Positions 56,680 to 64,000 of a DNA stretch of 64,000 bases are shown here, piece by piece. Origin of the DNA: an uncultured Acidobacteriota bacterium (GTDB lineage Bacteria > Acidobacteriota > Polarisedimenticolia > Polarisedimenticolales > DASRJG01); contig CAZEII010000007.1 in assembly GCA_964511835.1 (NCBI GenBank), forward strand, positions 54,089-118,088, in the 5' to 3' direction. The first letter of the stretch is position 1. The number at the start of each line of letters is the position of its first letter. The position numbers and the translations under genes are program-made. The notes beneath the pieces were generated by a model. That model was not told the DNA's origin and searched no databases. It was given only the letters and a program-made list of their open reading frames with translations.

Positions 56680-57231
56680 TTAAATGAACAGCGTCACGTG
56701 CGCGCGCCGCGCATAAGAGAGGAAAGCGGCGGCGCCGCCGAATTCTACGCCCGGGATGAAGTCGTCCTGGGTGAAGCCGAACACGTCCATGGTCATCTGA
56801 CAGGCGATCATCTGCACGCCGGATTCGCGTACGGCGTCGTGCAGCTCGTGAATCGGCGCGACGTTCTTCTTCGCGAACATCGATTTCATCATCATGGTCG
56901 CCATGCTCTGCATGCCCGGAAGCGCGTTGACGAGCTCGGGGATCGGCATGGGCATCGGCATGCCCGGATTGGCGACGGGCGACACCCTGAGCCTCGACTC
57001 GAAATCCTTGTGGATGACGTTGAGGCCGTAGAACGTGAAAAAGATCGAGGTTTCCATCCCGGCGGCCGCGGCGGCGCTTCCCAGGATCAGCGGTGGGTAG
57101 GCCCAATCGAGCGTTCCCTTCGAGGCGATGATCGCGGCCCGCTTCGCAGCCGGGTCTTTCTTCAGCGCGGCTTCGATCTCTTCGCGGACGATGCGGCGTA
57201 TCGCGGCTTCGTTGAGATCGACGTCGATCAT
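56680..57231 (-). CDS. DsrE/DsrF/DsrH-like family protein (COG2210-type)
   Basis: Internal ATG of track ORF 56680..57777: MIDVDLNEAAIRRIV...AAIIASKGTLDWAYPPLILGSAAAAAGMETSIFFTFYGL. Confidence 0.75.
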   Translation of the reverse strand: MIDVDLNEAAIRRIVREEIEAALKKDPAAKRAAIIASKGTLDWAYPPLILGSAAAAAGMETSIFFTFYGLNVIHKDFESRLRVSPVANPGMPMPMPIPELVNALPGMQSMATMMMKSMFAKKNVAPIHELHDAVRESGVQMIACQMTMDVFGFTQDDFIPGVEFGGAAAFLSYARRAHVTLFI

Positions 57232-57269
57232 GGCGAGCCTCCGAGCGGGATCGATCAGTATAGCGCCGC

Positions 57270-60416
<3,147 letters not shown>

Positions 60417-60423
60417 GAGTCTC

Positions 60424-61977
60424 TCACCCCACCTCTCCTTGCAGGTACCACCGATTCTTCCCCCGATCGAAGAACACCCACAAGTTCTGGCCGTTCTTCG
60501 TCTCGGCGAAGTGGTAATCCCGGAAGATCGGCTGCCTCCACCAATGACCCGACACGATGTAAGGCCCGTTCACCTTCACGACCGGCCCCTGCGCCAGACC
60601 GCGCAGCAGCCAGCCGTCGGGCTCGTGCCGCTCGCGCGGCGGGAGCGGCACCGGCGTCGTGAAGAGGCGGCGGATCAGGCGCGGCTCGTCGACGGTGCGA
60701 GGCTTGGCTTCGGGGAGCGAGGTCACCGGCGCCCAGGCGAAGCGCGCTTCGGGGAGGTGCGCGTCGCGCGGTTCGGCGCGCACGACGGCGTCGTCTCCCA
60801 ACGCCGCCTTCACGCGCGCCAGCGCCCGCGCGCCGGCTTCGAGATCGCGGCGCTTCTTCACGCCGAAGAGCTGGTGCTGCTTTTCGACGGCCGCCACCTC
60901 GCGTGCAACGAGGACGATCTCCATCACGCCGTCGGGGAGCTTCCGCACCGCCTGGAGACGCAGGCGGATCAGCTCGAGCAGGATCTTGGGGACGAGGGTG
61001 GGGGCCGCAGGCTGGATCGATTCGAGGTGCTCGCCCAGCCGCTCGAAGCGGAAGGCGATCTGCAGCTCGGCGAGGGCACGCCCCTTCGCCGCGATCTCGT
61101 CGAGCATCGGGCCGAGCGCCTCTTCGATGCGCGCGACGATGCGCAGCGCGTCGAGCTCGGGATCGTCGAGGATCAGGCGCCGCGTCGCGGGGATGACGGG
61201 ATGCTCGGGGACGAGCGGCTCCGTCAGCGCTCCCGATGCCAAACGATGGAGGCGGCGGACGTCGGGACCAAAGCGGACGCTCACGCCGTCCAGCGGGAGA
61301 TCGACGAATAGACCGACGGTCGTGATGCCCAGCTTCAAGAGCGTGTCGCGCGCTTGCGTGGGAAGCGCGAGCCGGTCGAGGCGGACTTCTCTCGCCGCTG
61401 CACGCTCGATTTCGGGTGTGTCGAAGACGACGGAATAGGGGACACTCCCCTTTTTCTTGCAAAGCTCCCCGGATACCGCTTTGCTGCGAAAAAGGGAAGT
61501 GTCCCCTATTCCCTTGGCGACGACATATACGGCAAAGCGATCAAAGCCCACGACGAGGGATGTGGTGAAGCCCGCGCGGACGACCTCAGCATGCAGCGAA
61601 GATGCCCACTCGGTGAGCGAGCCGAACAAACGCTCGAGCCCCTTGGCGTCGAGCCAGAAGACGCCGGGCTCGTCCCGGCCGGGCTCGACGAACGGCGTGA
61701 AGCGGCGGAGCAGCTCGGTCAGCTGCGCGATCTCGCCGTCGAGATCGCTCTGTGTGACGACGCCGGCACGCAAGCCGGCTGCGAGCGAGAGCCCGGCGGC
61801 GTAGCGCATGCCGGTCGAGATCCCGGCCGCTCGAGCCGCCTCGTTGATCCAGAGGATCGTCCCCTGGGGCGTGTCGGCCGCGACGACGGCGGCGGGATGC
61901 TCGCGCCAGTCCGGATGCTTCCGCAGCAGGAGCTGGAGCGGGAACGCGGGAAGGTCAATGCAGGCCGTCCGGTCCAC
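60424..61977 (-). CDS. imuB: Y-family polymerase-like protein ImuB, carrying an in-frame repeat insertion
   Basis: MDRTACIDLPAFPLQLLLRKHPDWREHPAAVVA. Its position between imuA and dnaE2 fits. Confidence 0.9.
   Translation of the reverse strand: MDRTACIDLPAFPLQLLLRKHPDWREHPAAVVAADTPQGTILWINEAARAAGISTGMRYAAGLSLAAGLRAGVVTQSDLDGEIAQLTELLRRFTPFVEPGRDEPGVFWLDAKGLERLFGSLTEWASSLHAEVVRAGFTTSLVVGFDRFAVYVVAKGIGDTSLFRSKAVSGELCKKKGSVPYSVVFDTPEIERAAAREVRLDRLALPTQARDTLLKLGITTVGLFVDLPLDGVSVRFGPDVRRLHRLASGALTEPLVPEHPVIPATRRLILDDPELDALRIVARIEEALGPMLDEIAAKGRALAELQIAFRFERLGEHLESIQPAAPTLVPKILLELIRLRLQAVRKLPDGVMEIVLVAREVAAVEKQHQLFGVKKRRDLEAGARALARVKAALGDDAVVRAEPRDAHLPEARFAWAPVTSLPEAKPRTVDEPRLIRRLFTTPVPLPPRERHEPDGWLLRGLAQGPVVKVNGPYIVSGHWWRQPIFRDYHFAETKNGQNLWVFFDRGKNRWYLQGEVG
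61432..61512 (+). repeat. full-length REPIN/RPE-like palindromic element, copy B (81 bp), inside imuB codons 156-182
   Basis: GGAATAGGGGACACTCCCCTTTTTCTTGCAAAGCTCCCCGGATACCGCTTTGCTGCGAAAAAGGGAAGTGTCCCCTATTCC. Translated in imuB as GIGDTSLFRSKAVSGELCKKKGSVPYS. Confidence 0.9.
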
Positions 61978-62587
61978 GACACACCTCCGTGATGCTCCAG
62001 GTTTTCCCCCCGCGCTTGTCCTTCAGCGCGACGGCCGCGCAGCTGAAGCGGCCCCCATCGCCGCGCACGCGCGAAGCGGTGTGCGCGCGCAGCGTCACGA
62101 GCGGGCCCAAGGACGGCCGCGCGGCGTCCTTGTCGGTCAGGCAGACGATCGCCGCGGCGTGCTGCCGCGCCAGCATCGCCAGGCGCGAGGTGGCGTGCAT
62201 GGGGAGGCGCGCGTCGGCGCCCAGGTCGAGCACGACGAGGCCGAACGCCCCCGAGCGAACGAGAAGATCCGCCGCCTTCGCCGCCGTGATCGCATCCTTC
62301 GCCCACACGACGGGGAGCGCCGTGAGATCGGCGCCAGCGTCCGCGGCATCGGGGGGATAGAACGGCGCATCCCTGCGCCCGATCCACGCCGCAGGCTCCC
62401 CGCGGCGCTGCGCATCGATGACCCATCGGAACGCGAGCGTCAACGGAGCCCCCGCGACCGAGGCGGATATCTCGATGAGACCAGAGAGGGAACATTCCCC
62501 TTTTTCTTGCAAAGCTCCCCGGATACCGCTTTGCGACGAAAAAGGGGAATGTTCCCTCTCGACCCTCTCCAAAGAATGCCCCCTCAT
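61955..62587 (-). CDS. imuA: ImuA-like (RecA/SulA-fold) translesion-synthesis accessory protein
   Basis: Internal ATG of track ORF 61955..63520 that overlaps the lexA stop (ATGA). GLIEISASVAGAPLTLAFRWVIDAQRRGEPAAWIGRR...GAFGLVVLDLG resembles the degenerate P-loop/RecA-like core of ImuA. The position between lexA and imuB fits. Confidence 0.75.
   Translation of the reverse strand: MRGHSLERVEREHSPFSSQSGIRGALQEKGECSLSGLIEISASVAGAPLTLAFRWVIDAQRRGEPAAWIGRRDAPFYPPDAADAGADLTALPVVWAKDAITAAKAADLLVRSGAFGLVVLDLGADARLPMHATSRLAMLARQHAAAIVCLTDKDAARPSLGPLVTLRAHTASRVRGDGGRFSCAAVALKDKRGGKTWSITEVCRGPDGLH
62484..62560 (+). repeat. full-length REPIN/RPE-like palindromic element, copy C (77 bp), at imuA codons ~10-35
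   Basis: GAGAGGGAACATTCCCCTTTTTCTTGCAAAGCTCCCCGGATACCGCTTTGCGACGAAAAAGGGGAATGTTCCCTCTC. In the imuA frame it reads EREHSPFSSQSGIRGALQEKGECSLS. Confidence 0.9.
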
Positions 62588-63189
62588 TCCAGTGACCTCC
62601 GCACTTCCACGACTCTGCCCAACACCTTGACGTCGGAGGGCTGAGGAACGATCGGTTGGTAGGCGTCGTTTTCGGGGTGAAGCTCGACGCGGCCGCGCTT
62701 CAGGTGGAGGCGCTTGATCGTCGCTTCGTCCCCCACCATCGCGACGACGATGTCGCCGGACGACGCGGTCGGCTGGCGGCGCACGATCACGACGTCCCCT
62801 TCGAGGATGCCGGCGTCTTTCATGCTGTCGCCGCGGACGCGCAGGCTGAACAGCTCGCCGGGTTGGCGGCGCGTCTGCACGGGGAGGTGCCCTTCGAGAT
62901 CTTCGACCGCCAGATCGAGCGGACCCGCGGGGACGCGGCCCAAGAGCGGCACCATCACCGTCGGCGCCTCGCCCCGGCCGGGCAACCTGAACCCCCGGGC
63001 GATGCCAGGGTCTTTCTTCAAGCGCCCCTCTTCGACCAGGCCGTCCAAGTGTTCCCGTGCCGTCTGCGGGGAACGGAAGCCGAAGGCTTCCATGACCTCG
63101 CGCACCGTCGGGGGCCGCCCCCCGGCGAGGCGGTCGCGGACGTAGCGAAAGACTTTTTCGCGCGTCTGGCCGGCGGGTGTGCGTCCCAT
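62584..63189 (-). CDS. lexA: LexA repressor (S24 peptidase)
   Basis: N-terminal wHTH (PTVREVMEAFGFRSPQTAREHL), LLGRVPAGPL (Ala-Gly cleavage site), GDSMKDAGI (Ser) and EATIKRL (Lys). GAAGGAGGG lies upstream of the ATG. Confidence 0.95.
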   Translation of the reverse strand: MGRTPAGQTREKVFRYVRDRLAGGRPPTVREVMEAFGFRSPQTAREHLDGLVEEGRLKKDPGIARGFRLPGRGEAPTVMVPLLGRVPAGPLDLAVEDLEGHLPVQTRRQPGELFSLRVRGDSMKDAGILEGDVVIVRRQPTASSGDIVVAMVGDEATIKRLHLKRGRVELHPENDAYQPIVPQPSDVKVLGRVVEVRRSLE

Positions 63190-63229
63190 GCCTGCCCTCC
63201 TTCAAGAACCCGTGCGTGGGATCAATATA

Positions 63230-63245
63230 CCATACAAATGTATGG
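63230..63245. promoter_or_regulatory. perfect 16-bp palindrome CCATACAAATGTATGG, candidate LexA operator in the lexA / small-peptide divergent region
   Basis: 7-bp arms with an AA centre, 41-56 nt upstream of the lexA ATG. On the lexA strand it is followed immediately by TATATT (a -10-like hexamer, 63224-63229). It sits in the only AT-rich patch of the region. Confidence 0.5.
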
Positions 63246-63331
63246 TGTACACAAAAACAACAATCCGCAGGAAAATTCTCCCAGGGCTTCTGACGTATGC
63301 TCGGAAACCCTTTGGAATGGAGGAGACTCCC

Positions 63332-63523
63332 ATGAAGAAAGTCGTCCGTCTCGTCGCGACGTTGGCCTTCGTCGGTTCGATCGGGCTCGGGATCACTGCC
63401 CTGCTCAGCACGCCGGTCAAGGCGGTCGACAACCCCTGCGATCCCACGTTCCAGATGCTGAGGAATTGCAGGGCCCAGCACGGGAAGTGGGACAGCTCGT
63501 GCTGCTGCTGTCGCCTGCATTGA
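63332..63523 (+). CDS. small secreted Cys-rich protein (63 aa precursor)
   Basis: GGAGGAG lies 7 nt upstream of the ATG. MKKVVRLVATLAFVGSIGLGITALLSTPVKA is a signal peptide. The predicted mature part, VDNPCDPTFQMLRNCRAQHGKWDSSCCCCRLH, has 6 Cys including a CCCC run. Confidence 0.6.
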   Translation: MKKVVRLVATLAFVGSIGLGITALLSTPVKAVDNPCDPTFQMLRNCRAQHGKWDSSCCCCRLH

Positions 63524-63579
63524 TCGTGTGGCTGGAATCGGCGAGAACCCAGTCCCCCGCCCTTTCGTAAGCTCCTCCG

Positions 63580-64000
63580 ATGAATCCCCGGCGGTTCGCC
63601 TCGGCGCTCGTCCTTGTGATCCCCCTCGCAGGGCGGGCGCCGGCGGCCGCCGCGGACCTCACCCCTGACGCCGCCTACGCTCTCGTCGTCCGGTCGCCGC
63701 TGTCGCGCGACCCGTTCCCCAAGCCCGAGGAGCTGACGGCGGCTCGCAAGGCGCTGGAGCCGCAAGCGACGCGGGATCCGAAATCGGCGCGCTGGGCCTA
63801 CGCCCTTGCGCACGTCGCCAATGCCGAGGCCGAACAGGCCAAGGGCGACGAGCAAAAAGCCAAGAGGAAGGAAGCGCTGGAGCGGTTCCAGCACGCCGCC
63901 GAGCTTCAGCCGAAGGACGCCGACAACCAGTTCTGGATCGGGAACGCGGCGTTCGACCATGTCGACGACGTCGGCATGCTCTCGCAGATGTCGCTCGCAT
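63580..64000 (+). CDS. secreted helical/TPR-like protein, C-terminal part lies outside the window
   Basis: Absent from the ORF track because there is no stop in the window. The ATG at 63580 gives MNPRRFASALVLVIPLAGRAPAAAADLTPD...KSARWAYALAHVANAEAEQAKGDEQKAKRKEALERFQHAAELQPKDADNQFWIGNAAF. Confidence 0.5.
   Translation, partial: MNPRRFASALVLVIPLAGRAPAAAADLTPDAAYALVVRSPLSRDPFPKPEELTAARKALEPQATRDPKSARWAYALAHVANAEAEQAKGDEQKAKRKEALERFQHAAELQPKDADNQFWIGNAAFDHVDDVGMLSQMSLA

Noticed and set aside
63179-63331. The longer 114-aa version of the small-peptide ORF, starting at 63179.
   Set aside because: Its upstream part runs through the lexA start and promoter and the AT-rich operator region. The strong SD precedes the ATG at 63332, so only the 63-aa form is reported.

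Overview
This is a GC-rich, gene-dense bacterial chromosomal segment with about 70 supportable CDS on both strands. Many neighbouring genes overlap by 1-4 nt at start/stop (ATGA, GTGA, TGATG), and several convergent pairs share a CTAG double stop. I found no rRNA, tRNA, CRISPR array, transposase or integrase.

Gene content:
- Glyoxylate shunt (aceB, aceA).
- A translationally coupled mevalonate/isoprenoid operon: idi2, hmgR, mvk, an mvd-like gene, ipk and a squalene-synthase-like gene.
- sdhCAB and P5C dehydrogenase.
- A bifunctional formiminotransferase-cyclodeaminase.
- Several secreted peptidases (M13, two M28, glycosylasparaginase).
- Membrane glycosyltransferase-like proteins: one GT39 and two TPR-bearing TMTC-like paralogues.
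- TMEM175-like, TMEM97/EXPERA-like and PAQR-like membrane proteins.
- A lexA-imuA-imuB-dnaE2 SOS mutagenesis operon.

The gene calls do not explain one structure: a family of nested-palindromic, REP/REPIN-like elements of about 80 bp.
- All three full-length copies in the window lie inside the open reading frames of imuA, imuB and dnaE2. Each is read through in a different frame or orientation without a stop codon.
- Solo-hairpin and half-element derivatives sit at five intergenic sites. At two of these the stem arms carry the stop codons of both convergent genes.

Other points worth follow-up:
- A perfect 16-bp palindrome overlapping the lexA promoter.
- A divergently encoded Cys-rich secreted mini-protein next to lexA.
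- A mevalonate operon with isopentenyl phosphate kinase but no phosphomevalonate kinase.
- A Fic protein that lacks the catalytic His.

Coordinates of internal starts were derived by counting codons inside ORF-track entries. Start codons are less certain than stops.
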